A stretch of DNA of 64,000 bases from contig CAVNZM010000005.1 of the NCBI GenBank assembly GCA_963693365.1, forward strand, positions 3,905,716 through 3,969,715. The letters run 5' to 3'. The notes under the pieces were generated by a model. That model was not told where the DNA came from and did not search any database. It worked only from the letters and a program-made list of their open reading frames with translations. Of the stretch, positions 53,823 to 64,000 are shown piece by piece; positions within the stretch are counted from its first letter, which is position 1; each line of letters starts with the position of its first letter. The DNA is from Amoebidium appalachense (lineage: Eukaryota; Protista; Ichthyosporea). The translations under genes and the position numbers were made by a program.

Positions 53823-54731
53823 AGTTTAGGAGTCGGGCCTAACAACCCTTGAGCCACAGCGCACACAGCAGACTGCTGGATCGAGTGCGAGTACGGGACG
53901 GTTGTTGGGCAGCTGCTGTACGTACAAGGAGCACCGGGCAAACACGTGCCCCTGCACACCTACAAGCTGCCCCGTGCCCGGCTGTGGGGCCGTTGTGCCC
54001 CGGGCACAGGTCGACGAACACATGGCCGGCACTGTGGCCGCATATATGCGCCTACTGGTCAATGAGAACAGGCGGCTGGCAGAGAGGAATGCGGTGTTGG
54101 TGGGCAGCTGGCAAGGGCAACAGAGCAACTGCAGCATATATGGAGATGATGCAAAAGACTTATCTCGAGCAGCCTGCCACCCTGCGCTATATGCTTGGTG
54201 ACCACCAGGCAATCAAACCCTACTTCCCTTACGATGTGGATGGACGGTGCTCTCGGTTGACCAGGGGGGCTTTGGTTTGTTTTGAGAATGTGGCGGCACG
54301 GCTTGGTGAACCCCTGGCCACCTCTCACGACACAAACAAGACCATACTCCCCTCGGGCTACGCCTTCAAGCTCAGCGTCAAGGTTCGCACCACTACCAAA
54401 CATTCCATGTCGCTGTTCTTTCACCTCGTGCCTGGGCCAAACGACGATACCCTTCAGTGGCCCTTTCTGCGCAAGTACACTGTTACTCTGCTCGACCATG
54501 GCCCTATGCTTGAACACCAAGCCCTCTGTATTGAACTACATAACTGATCGTGCCAAGTGCTCAAATGGTCGTATGCATTATGAAAGTATAGACAGAATTG
54601 AAGAAAAGGACGTTGCGCTTTCCGGCATGGGCTGGAACCAGTTCATCAGCCATCACCAGCTTCGGAAGGAGGGGCGTAGGTATGTTGTGGACAACACGCT
54701 ATGGTTCTGGGTGCATCTCGACTGGTCTTGA
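52349..54731 (+). pseudogene. TRAF-like gene (RING, TRAF zinc fingers, coiled coil, MATH) with several frameshifts. Exons about 52349-52830 and 53860-54731
   Basis: FVCGICTDV...[fs]TCGGGHIFCAGCL...CPSC (RING); CTHKGEGC...LAKHEEQCPKRSLACTNNGC...HALEECEHRKVLCEYC (zf-TRAF); SGYAFKL...MSLFFHLVPGPNDDTLQWPF..YTVTLLD[fs]...GMGWNQFISH..YVVDNTLWF (MATH). At least four frame changes are needed. Confidence 0.85.
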
Positions 54732-55366
54732 ACCCCGAACCCGTTATGTATGACAGGATTGTTTTTGAATGAATTGTGAAGTTATGGCTACTGGTTGTGA
54801 CGTATAGGCGTATTGTATAGATGTGTTTGTTCGTGAAATTCTTCTATGATGTGTACACTCGTACTGCATGTGCATGTTGAGAGAGCGGTTGTTACACTTT
54901 CTGTATGTCATTGATATTGAGATCGCATTGTTTTGATTGGTTGCGAGTCAGGGTTCCATGAGCCTGTGACAATGCAGCCCACTCTAATGACACCAGGCAC
55001 CAGTGCTCACCGAGTCGGGCCCACTGTTATCAATGAAGCATTTGGATAGTATTCAGATTTATGTTTTACAGAGCAGGAAAAGAGTAGCTGTAGTGGCTGG
55101 ATCCGTTTTGGTGGTGGTGGCTAGGGAAGCTTCTTAAGGGGGGAAGGGAGGCAGGGACGGGGAGAGAGGGGGGGTGCCGGGGGGGGATGGGGGGGGATGG
55201 GGGGGGCCAGGGGGGATGATTTGCAATAAGTACCTATACTGTACATAGTGCTAGCGTGCAGTTGTGTTATCGTGGAGGCACACTGGCACAAAGCCACTTT
55301 TCAAAAAAAATTGTCTTTCTTAAAACTTTCTTTCTCATTATTTTGTCTCGTTAAAGGCTTTTCCCC

Positions 55367-55404
<38 letters not shown>

Positions 55405-55438
55405 GCAAGTGGGAATGTGTGTGTGTGTGTGTGTGTGT

Positions 55439-55488
<50 letters not shown>

Positions 55489-55490
<2 letters not shown>

Positions 55491-55606
55491 TGAATGCGTC
55501 AAAAAGTACGAAGTACACAAGAACAAACGGATAACACGATGCAGAATGCAAGCCATACATAAAGAGTATGCATAATAAGCAGAGCCCATCCTCAGGGGGG
55601 GCCCAG
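55489..55606 (-). repeat. Truncated tandem copy of the pLTR 3' tip (about 118 bp) between two G-runs
   Basis: Matches about 55621-55737 with no difference seen. Confidence 0.93.
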
Positions 55607-55619
55607 GGGGGGGGGGGGG

Positions 55620-55921
55620 TTTTGAATGCGTCAAAAAGTACGAAGTACACAAGAACAAACGGATAACACGATGCAGAATGCAAGCCATACATAAAGAGTA
55701 TGCATAATAAGCAGAGCCCATCCTCAGGGGGGGCCCACGTCATCCACAGTACCCGAGTTTCGACCTATTCCCCTCGTTAACGAAACCCAACTCAGATACT
55801 GTTTCACTTGAACATGAGTAGGTCACCCGTCTTGATCAGAGACGAGCAGGGTTGCTTATGCAGGCAAGGGCAGTGGGAAAGGCCGGGGGTTAAAGTTGCA
55901 GCAGTAAGCAGAAGCAAGAAA
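55620..55921 (-). repeat. 3' pseudo-LTR of the Penelope-like element
   Basis: No difference seen by eye from 61250-61551; continues into the unique 3' region above 55921. Confidence 0.95.
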
Positions 55922-56421
55922 AATATAGATAGGAACTCAGGAGACGGGGCTTCTAGGAAGCTCCCCCGTCGATACCTAAGTCGATACTTCCCTGGCTAAC
56001 ATACTACACCAGCTGAAAAGAATTAAGTCCCGAAGGCCACAGAATTCGTAATCAGAGGGGAAAATATGAGATTTGACCCACGCCGCAGGGTAGTAACACG
56101 CTTACTAGGGCGGAACTTTATCGTCTTCGAACGGAAAGCTATGCCCCCGGATGTCAGCCGGAAATATGGTATCACCCATTGCTTTGGGCTTGAAAAAAGC
56201 CAAACCGATAGTCCGAGTTATGTTACGCCGGCGGGTAACATGCCGCATGGGTTCCAAGGGAGCTGTCGCCAACAGAGCGGTGTGTGCATGCGTGCGCGTA
56301 ACGCAATGTGTGAAGTGTGTCTATAGCTATGAAAGGGGGTATGCAGAAGTGGACAGATGAAGTGTGTGGAGAGAAAAACAGTAAGAAGAAAAGTAGACAC
56401 CGGTATGTGCAACCCCGCACA

Positions 56422-56456
<35 letters not shown>

Positions 56457-56517
56457 AATAAGCGAAGATTACAGGTAATCAACCAGAACAACAAATGACA
56501 AGCAAAACAACAGGCGC

Positions 56518-56550
<33 letters not shown>

Positions 56551-56555
56551 AGGAA

Positions 56556-56671
<116 letters not shown>

Positions 56672-56746
56672 AGAGAGGGAGAGAGAGAGAGAGAGAAGGG
56701 GGGGGGGGGGGGGGGGGGGGGGGGGAGGGGAGGGGAGGGGGAGGGG

Positions 56747-57071
56747 GGTCTTATGGATGCTGCAGAATCGTCAGATATTAGACAAATCGTACCAATACGA
56801 TCATTCTCTCATATATGTGAGAAGATTGTGACTAACGATGTGCAGATCTGGTTAAGACCTGTTGGGTGTGCAGAGAAAATGGGAGGGGAAGGAGGAGGGA
56901 AAGGGGGAGGGGGGGGGGGGAAGTAAGAGAGGGGAGGGAATGTTAGAGTGTCAGTAGTCTCAGGGGACCCTGCAGAGTCGTTAGATGTCAGACAAAAACG
57001 CACCAACGACCAAGTTCTCCGAGGGGAGAAATGCGTAAAACGTTCTGCAGAGTGGGTTAGAGACCTGCTGA
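56747..57071 (-). ncRNA. Two homologous putative structured-RNA domains (56747-56859 and 56951-57071) in the element's 3' region
   Basis: Shared nested stems with compensatory differences and a 27-nt segment matching at 23 positions; see findings. Confidence 0.55.
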
Positions 57072-57185
57072 TGAGAAGAGTGTATACAGGGTTTGGCCAG
57101 GGGGGGGGGGGGGGGGGGGGGAAAGGGGGGGAAAAAGAAGGTAGGAGGGGAATGGGGGGGGGGGGGGGGGGGGGAGGAGAAGGGG

Positions 57186-57253
<68 letters not shown>

Positions 57254-57293
57254 GGGAGGGGGGGAGGGAGGGAGGGAGGGAAGAAAAGAAAAG

Positions 57294-57338
<45 letters not shown>

Positions 57339-57762
57339 CTGTGGTGGACAGATCAGAGACGAGACCTCCATTTCAAAACTTACCAGGCAACCCAAAAAAC
57401 CTAGCCGGCTGAGAAAGAAGAACGGCGGGGGAATTGTTTGGGAAAAGGAGCGGGGGGAGAGAGAGAGGGGGGGGGGGGGGGGGGGGGGGGGGGAGGGGGA
57501 AGGGGGGGGGAGAGGGGGAGAGAGGGGGGAGAGGGAGAGAGAGAGAGAGGGAGGGAGAGAACGAGAGAGAACGAAAGAGAGCGAGAGAGGGAGACAGAGA
57601 GAGAGAGAGGGAGGGAGAGAGAGGGAGAGGGAGAGAGAGAGGGAGAGAGAGAGGGAGGGGGGGGGGGGGGAGGGGGGGGGGGGGGGGAGGTGTAGGGGCT
57701 GGTAGGGGGGGGGGGGGGGGGGAGGGGGGGGGGGGGGGGGGGAACCGGGATAGAGTGGGGGA

Positions 57763-60700
57763 CTAGGGAGTGTTGATCTTTTTAGTGATGATGGAGAGTA
57801 TGTGAGAGGAGTGAACGCCACGGTATATGTGCGGGTGTGTGGCGAGAAAGCTGTGCATTTTGTGGTGCAAGAGTCTAAACGAGTAGCCTTTGTTAAGCAA
57901 TGTTTTAGCAAGTCGTGCAGTGCATGTGGTGAATGCAGCAAGTGTGGAGCATTTGCGCTGGTAGCTATGCATTTGACTTGTCATGATGCCGTATTTTGCA
58001 GTGCGGGAGATGAATGAGTCGTGATGTGGGAAACGAACGATGTCTAGTGTATTGAACGTGGGTGTGTCGAGCTTGTTGTAGATGGTTGTGTGAATGCCGT
58101 GATTAGTGCAGGTGATATGCAAGTCGAGGTAGGGGACAGAGGGGGAGGAACCGGCAGGGTTGAGTTGAAGGCTGGTCTTGGGATATAGACCGAAATCACA
58201 ATCTTCTAAATAGAGGTGGGAGAGAATGCGAGGATTATGAAGGGAGATCAAATCATCTATGTAGCGGCGAGTAAACTGAAAATCTACCAAGACATCAATG
58301 CGTTCGTGTGCAATAAGCTTGCGAACAAAATCCAACTCATAAGTAAAGAGATAGAAATTAGCCAAGAAAACAGCACAGTTTGTACCCATGGGGATACCAA
58401 TGTCCTGTTTGTAGAGGGTATCGCCAAACACAACATATATGTTATCTACGAGGAAACATAGAAAATCCACAAGCTGTGCCTTAGAGAGATGTAGAGAGTG
58501 TTCTTTAGGCTCAAAGGAATCATCCTGGGAATCATCATCTACACGATCCACCCAGGACAACGTGGAGCCGGTTTTCTTAATAAACATGTGTGGTTTGCGA
58601 GCGTCCGTGCATTTTTTGACAAATATTGCGTCAATCAGTGTAGTGAGGCGAGCTTTCAAATCATGCAAGTCAATCTTGGTGTAGAGTGTGGAAAAATCAA
58701 ACACAGACACGGGCGTATTTTCGTGTTGGCGTGTGGTACGGTTAAGGGCGTTGATTGTGTGTGTGAGTGCGGTGCTATCCGTGAGAATCCAAGAGCTAGT
58801 GTTGTGTGGCAGGTGGGGTTTGACAACATCACACCACATACGTTCGACATCAGGGGAGACGAACTTAAACACACTAGTGAGAAGGCGGGAGAGAGGTTCA
58901 AGTGATGTGGCAGAGGAGTTGGCAATGAAACGGAAGGTGGGTGGTGTTTTGTGCATTTTAACTATGGCCTGAAATGTGGGCAAGCGTGCAGTGCGACGTC
59001 CTGGTGTGCCTTTTATGTCATGTGTTTTGAGAAATGCAAGGTGTTGTGCAACAATGTCTTTTGGTGCAGTGTTGCAGACGGTGTATGTTGCGGCAGGTGC
59101 ATGCAGTTCGGCTGTAATGCTGCTAACGTAGTGTTTTTTGCAGACGATCACGAACGTGTTGCTAGCTTTATCCATTGTGGTGACTACGAAACGTTTTTGG
59201 AAGCGACGCAGTAGAAGCACAGAAGCTTGTGGTACGGTGTGTGTGTTGGGTGCGTGTTGTGCATATGGCAGGAAGGGGCGACACTTAGTAAAGACGGCGG
59301 CTGCCCACGGATTCAAAGAGGGATAAGCTGCCATACCAAGATCGTACATCTTGTTACAGAAACTTTGCAACGCCTGTGTCAATAAATTGCTACAGGTGGT
59401 GTCCTCCGTCTGCTCGACCTGCATTCGGAACTTGGTTCCAAAATGCATGAGCGATGCAAAGTCTGCGGGCAGGCCGGGAATGTCTAAGCGCGATGTAAGC
59501 ACGTGTCCGTGTTGTGGGTGTACGTATGGCGCATAGTGCGGGTCGTTGCAAGGGCAGGGTTGTGCATGGATGTTTGCTATGGTGTCCTGCGGGAGTCGTG
59601 CGGTGTGTTTGCAGTTGATAGTGGTGTAGCCCAGGGTAGACACATATTTCCACACAGCAGAGATACGGAATTTACGCATTTCAAGCGGCAGGAGAGCATG
59701 TATTTCTTTGTCTTTGATGATGCGTTGCAAAGGGATTCTATCGAGCCCGGAGTTATGAAACACAGACACCAACATCACATGGGGTTGCGACATGTCAACA
59801 CGTTCAAGTTCAAAACGACTACGTAATTCACGTTTGAGGCACGCAGCAATCTGTGAAAGGCGAGGTTGAGCAATGCCGGTGGGGAAAGCAAGGAGGTGCT
59901 CCTTCATCCTAACGATGTTGGAGGTGTTAAAGCGGTGTAGATATGCAGAGGAAAAGATACCACGAGACATAAGACTATCGATGTGCAGTAGGCGGCGTGT
60001 GAAGCAGCGCGAAAGAAACATGCGTGAGGGGTGTATAGGAGGCAGGTTGAGTGCAGGTGCAGGTGCAGGTGCAGGAGAGGGTGGAGGGGGTGTAGGAGGG
60101 GGTGTGTTGTGGAGAGCAAGCCGTGCACGCATATACAGCATGGGGTTGTGCACACGTGTAAAACGATTGCGCGATTGGCGGTGGCTTCGGTATTGCGAAT
60201 TATAGCCGGTAGTAGGTACGTGTGCTTGCAGTATGTGAGTCCAGAAACGTTCCCTAGCGAGACGCTGCGTTTTATCAGTGTCAGCGTTTGTGCGTGGAAG
60301 CTGTTCGATTGGAAACATAATGAAGCTCTCGTGCCCGTACTTAGCCATATCCCAGTAGAGTGGACGGTTGTGCTCTTTGTGCTTGAAAAGAGCCCATTTT
60401 CTACTGTTTTGCGAATGCCGCTGGAATCTTTCAAAAGCGGATTTGCTAGTTTCACCAACGTAGCACCTGCCAATCGTTTTGTGAAACACAACATAGATGA
60501 CGTTGGTGTCGTGAATAGGATGTAGTGCATGCTTGGTGAGGGAGTGTTTGAGTTGCAGACGCCAGAGACGTTTAAGCATGGGGTGAGTGCGATTCAGGAC
60601 GGTGTTTGTGTAGGGACCTGCAAGTTGTTGCCATGAGATGGTGCGAGGGGCGTTGGTGTAAGCATGTGAGGTGTTGTGTGCATTGTAGAAAGCAGACACG

Positions 60701-60966
60701 TGTTTGCGGCTAAGTTGGCGAGAGTGGCGTTGTGTGGAAAACGTTTCCCTTGGTGGAGCCACACCTCCACCGAAGGGGCCAGATCCGAGAACGGTTGGAG
60801 CCAATCGAGCGCATTTGCCAACACCATATCGAGCGCTCTCTCCCCCCCAAAGGGGAAAGCGATATAGAGGGGTGCTTGTTAATCCGGGCGACCACCCAGC
60901 CGGCATGAATAATAGATTGGACGTCATTGCATGAGAACACGCAAACCGGCTGTTGGATAAGAACAA
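57763..60966 (-). CDS. GIY-YIG endonuclease, CxC linker and Penelope-type reverse transcriptase (first in-frame ATG about 60927)
   Basis: VIYVVFHKTIGRCYVGETSKSAFERFQRH...RLARERFW...GYN (GIY-YIG); QPCPCND...HGHVLT (CxC linker); TMDKASNTFVIV; VFDFSTLYTKI (motif A); QDIGIPMGTNCAVFLANFYL (B'); RYIDD (C); PYLDL (E). The frame is uninterrupted for 1067 codons. Confidence 0.95.
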   Translation of the reverse strand: MFLSNSRFACSHAMTSNLLFMPAGWSPGLTSTPLYRFPLWGGESARYGVGKCARLAPTVLGSGPFGGGVAPPRETFSTQRHSRQLSRKHVSAFYNAHNTSHAYTNAPRTISWQQLAGPYTNTVLNRTHPMLKRLWRLQLKHSLTKHALHPIHDTNVIYVVFHKTIGRCYVGETSKSAFERFQRHSQNSRKWALFKHKEHNRPLYWDMAKYGHESFIMFPIEQLPRTNADTDKTQRLARERFWTHILQAHVPTTGYNSQYRSHRQSRNRFTRVHNPMLYMRARLALHNTPPPTPPPPSPAPAPAPALNLPPIHPSRMFLSRCFTRRLLHIDSLMSRGIFSSAYLHRFNTSNIVRMKEHLLAFPTGIAQPRLSQIAACLKRELRSRFELERVDMSQPHVMLVSVFHNSGLDRIPLQRIIKDKEIHALLPLEMRKFRISAVWKYVSTLGYTTINCKHTARLPQDTIANIHAQPCPCNDPHYAPYVHPQHGHVLTSRLDIPGLPADFASLMHFGTKFRMQVEQTEDTTCSNLLTQALQSFCNKMYDLGMAAYPSLNPWAAAVFTKCRPFLPYAQHAPNTHTVPQASVLLLRRFQKRFVVTTMDKASNTFVIVCKKHYVSSITAELHAPAATYTVCNTAPKDIVAQHLAFLKTHDIKGTPGRRTARLPTFQAIVKMHKTPPTFRFIANSSATSLEPLSRLLTSVFKFVSPDVERMWCDVVKPHLPHNTSSWILTDSTALTHTINALNRTTRQHENTPVSVFDFSTLYTKIDLHDLKARLTTLIDAIFVKKCTDARKPHMFIKKTGSTLSWVDRVDDDSQDDSFEPKEHSLHLSKAQLVDFLCFLVDNIYVVFGDTLYKQDIGIPMGTNCAVFLANFYLFTYELDFVRKLIAHERIDVLVDFQFTRRYIDDLISLHNPRILSHLYLEDCDFGLYPKTSLQLNPAGSSPSVPYLDLHITCTNHGIHTTIYNKLDTPTFNTLDIVRFPHHDSFISRTAKYGIMTSQMHSYQRKCSTLAAFTTCTARLAKTLLNKGYSFRLLHHKMHSFLATHPHIYRGVHSSHILSIITKKINTP

Positions 60967-61013
60967 GGATTAGTCTGTTTTCAGATTCCCACCCACCCGG
61001 ACGGCACGATGTA

Positions 61014-61046
<33 letters not shown>

Positions 61047-61249
61047 AACAAGGCAGACAAGAACGGGTGCAAACGTGAATACGGCCGGTACAAAAATGAA
61101 CACGGTGTGTGCAGGTGTGGGGAAGGCATTGCAGCATGCTTTTCGCGTGGTTACGACATAGAGCACCCATGCCCGGTTGCATGGGAGTGAATCTATCTCC
61201 ACACAGTGGTCTGTCCTAAAAGGACACCTCTGAGAGAAGATATGGGGGG

Positions 61250-61551
61250 TTTTGAATGCGTCAAAAAGTACGAAGTACACAAGAACAAACGGATAACACG
61301 ATGCAGAATGCAAGCCATACATAAAGAGTATGCATAATAAGCAGAGCCCATCCTCAGGGGGGGCCCACGTCATCCACAGTACCCGAGTTTCGACCTATTC
61401 CCCTCGTTAACGAAACCCAACTCAGATACTGTTTCACTTGAACATGAGTAGGTCACCCGTCTTGATCAGAGACGAGCAGGGTTGCTTATGCAGGCAAGGG
61501 CAGTGGGAAAGGCCGGGGGTTAAAGTTGCAGCAGTAAGCAGAAGCAAGAAA
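61250..61551 (-). repeat. 5' pseudo-LTR of the Penelope-like element
   Basis: Direct repeat of 55620-55921, bounded by a long G-run (61552-61597) and a G6 run (61244-61249). Confidence 0.95.
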
Positions 61552-61600
<49 letters not shown>

Positions 61601-61860
61601 GATGCTGGCGCAAGATCAGAGGTGCTTCCTTGATACTCGGTGTTGATCTTTGCATGCAGCACACATTGCCACACTTGGACTATATATCTGTTGGGTGTCA
61701 TAATAGAATATTCAACACTATTACAAGAATGACTGAACTAAACAACTAAACTATTGTGTTATTAATGCTGCACCATATGTTTGTTATGAACGACAAGGGA
61801 AGCGTGTGTGCGTGCGTGCGCGTGTGTGTGTATGGTGTGTGCATATGTGTGCCCACACAA

Positions 61861-61912
<52 letters not shown>

Positions 61913-62046
61913 GTGTGTATGTGTTTGTGTTTTTGTGTGCACGGACGTGTGTGTGTGTGCATGTGTGTGGCGCGTGTGTGTTCATATGCATTGCCAAGTC
62001 GCGCTCCCTTGCACGTTTTATTAGCACAATTAGGACAGAGTAGCCC

Positions 62047-64000
62047 TTACCTACAGGCTTCAAAGCTAACACCACACACAGACACCACCCCCTGTGTCTT
62101 ACCGATCTGTATAGCCACCCTAGAAGACAACACTTTCTGAGTCACCTGGAAGGTGTAATAGTACGGCCTGTATGACTTGCTAAGGGTGCCCACGCTGCGA
62201 TTTGGGTTTAGAGGCTCAAAAAGCGGGACACCCGAATCGACAACTAATTGGAGCTCATCGGTTTCGATCGTCGATTTCGCCACAACTGTCAATCGGTATG
62301 TTCCCGGCTCGAGGGGAACCAGACCAATGTATGTCAACTGAGCGTCGAAATATTTGTTGCTGATTCGATCGGCGAGCGCGGGGAGTTGGAACCCTATAGA
62401 GCCATCGAGAGCGGGTACGCCTACAATAGGCAAGGGGATGTTATCTTTAACAACCAAAAACGAACCGGCGGGAGCATCCTTTAACACCGGGAAAGGGACG
62501 CAAGTAGCCGGGAACGGCGGGGCCAAATCGGTGTAAATGCTCGGCTTCGGGCACATTCCATTGATCAAATTAGGAAATACGGTGGTAGCCGGGGCCTTTT
62601 GTGTAACTGTCGCGGTCACTGCAGGGAGGGGTGTGGGAATGGCGATGGGAGCGGGAGCTGATACTGATACTGTGCGCACAGGGGGGGTGATGGTCTCTTT
62701 AACGGTAACAACAACGGAGGAGACCGCTGTGCGTGTAATGGCCGGTGCTGTTTGGGTGATTGTCACGGGCGCGGGCGTGACATATACGGTGACGTTGGCG
62801 GGCGTGCGCGTGATGATGACAGGCGGCGGAGTCATGGCGGGAATGCGTGTGGCGGTTTCCGTAACTGTGCGCGTGATTTCGCGTGTAATTTCACGCGTAA
62901 TTTCACGGGTAACGGTCTGTGCCGGATCGGCTGAAGGGGAGGGGCGAGGAAGAGGGACAGACGTCTCTGCCAACAGCGAATACACGAGCCGATTAGGTGT
63001 ATCCGTGCGATTGCCCATATCCATAAGTCCGATTGTGGCGGTATTTAGGATATACTCTTTGACTTGGGCCGGGGTTGCATTGGGCTCCACACTAAGATAG
63101 TTTGCAACTATCCCACTCACGAGCGGCACGGCCTGGGACGTGCCGATGCGGGTGCGCGTTTCAGCATTTCTCCATGCTGCAGGGAGGGAGATAGTTGTGA
63201 TATATTGGTTGATGTCAATGATAGCCCTTGTTGTGTTTTCTTTCTAGCCATTGTTAACACGGCCATCTCTACCACGTCTACTGCATGGCATCACCTAATT
63301 TGTAGCCCTGTCTCTTTCCTACTTTTCCCTTACTTTCTTTCCGGGTGACCTATTCTGTTCTTTTCTCATCCATCTAACCCCCCCCAACCCCCCCCCCCTC
63401 AACCTCTTTCCTTCCCTCCTCCTCCAGGGAGCCTACCACCATGGCTGCATTGTTGTGTCACTGCATTCGCGCTTGTGAAAAAACGCGCGAGAGGAATAGA
63501 AGGGAAAGCGAGAAAATGAACACGAAAGTGGGTTGTGAAAATTTGTTAGTTTCTTAATGCTAGTGCGGGAAGTGTGGGAAAGGGCAGGAGCGTGCGCGTG
63601 CATGCATGTGTAGATGTGTGAATTCTCATTTTATGTTCTTCTTTTTGTCGCGGAGAGGGGGAGGGGGGGGGGGGGGGGGGGGGTGGCACGGGTTCCCCAG
63701 AATTTGTTCAGACATACGTACAAAAAATGCAGTGCACACGAGAGGGAGCAGTTGCACACACATATAAGCATTCAGGCCACACAACCCAAAATCGGGCATG
63801 CAGGGGAGAGGCGGGGCGAAGAAACAAGAAGGACGTCACCTACCCGAGAGAATATCCTCCCCAGGTGCAAGTATATCCACACACGGTCCGTAATTCGAAA
63901 ACGTCGAAATTTGGTCCTTGCGCCCAATAGACCCCACCGTAATTGTGCTCCTCATGCTCGCTGGGGAATAATTACACGCATTGTCCCCCTTATTTCCGGC
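62047..64000 (-). CDS. Subtilisin-like (S8, proteinase K-type) serine protease, 3' part, with a Thr/Pro-rich stalk and C-terminal beta-rich domain. Exons 64000-63844 and 63176 to about 62051
   Basis: AGNKGDNACNYSPAS...ITVGS...STFSNYGPCVDILAPGEDILS is spliced in phase to AWRNAETRTRIGTSQAVPLVSG (catalytic Ser motif)...ATPAQVKEYIL...TPNRLVYS. The gene starts beyond the window and may have further 3' exons. Confidence 0.92.

Noticed and set aside
57763-60966. Selenocysteine-recoded Naiad-type ORF with SECIS
   Set aside because: The ORF has no in-frame TGA, and the 3' structured domains lack a recognisable SECIS core.
61350-61395. Hammerhead ribozyme from CUGAGGA plus GAAAC-UCGG-GUA on the element strand
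   Set aside because: Both core words are present, but I could not form stem II after CUGAGGA or a stem I linking them in any standard permutation.

Overview
Intron-rich eukaryotic DNA saturated with poly-C/poly-G tracts and (CA)n/(CT)n microsatellites. Most ORFs in the supplied track are repeat artefacts. Genes reconstructed by manual splicing: ERCC1 (5' end not found), a frameshifted C2H2 zinc-finger remnant, an intronless TauD-type dioxygenase, a POT/PTR peptide transporter, an isochorismatase-fold protein lacking its catalytic triad, an RRM+RS splicing factor, an intronless TBL/PC-esterase, a 15-exon Lsi2-like transporter, a frameshifted TRAF-like gene and the 3' part of a proteinase K-like subtilase. 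The main find is an apparently intact Penelope-like retroelement (about 55489-61551, minus strand) with permuted domains: N-terminal GIY-YIG, CxC linker, then RT (Chlamys/Naiad type). It has pseudo-LTRs with no visible differences and sits in poly-C. Its long 3' region carries two homologous, covarying structured-RNA domains, and its pLTR can form a pseudoknot. An overlapping reading frame near its 5' end looks ubiquitin-like. Short copies of its 3' tip (about 20-100 nt) sit inside other poly-C tracts of the window, suggesting the element targets and possibly builds these tracts. The host cannot be determined from the sequence; a non-animal, non-plant eukaryote is a guess. Homopolymer lengths and some frameshifts may be sequencing errors. 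All alignments and folds were done by eye.
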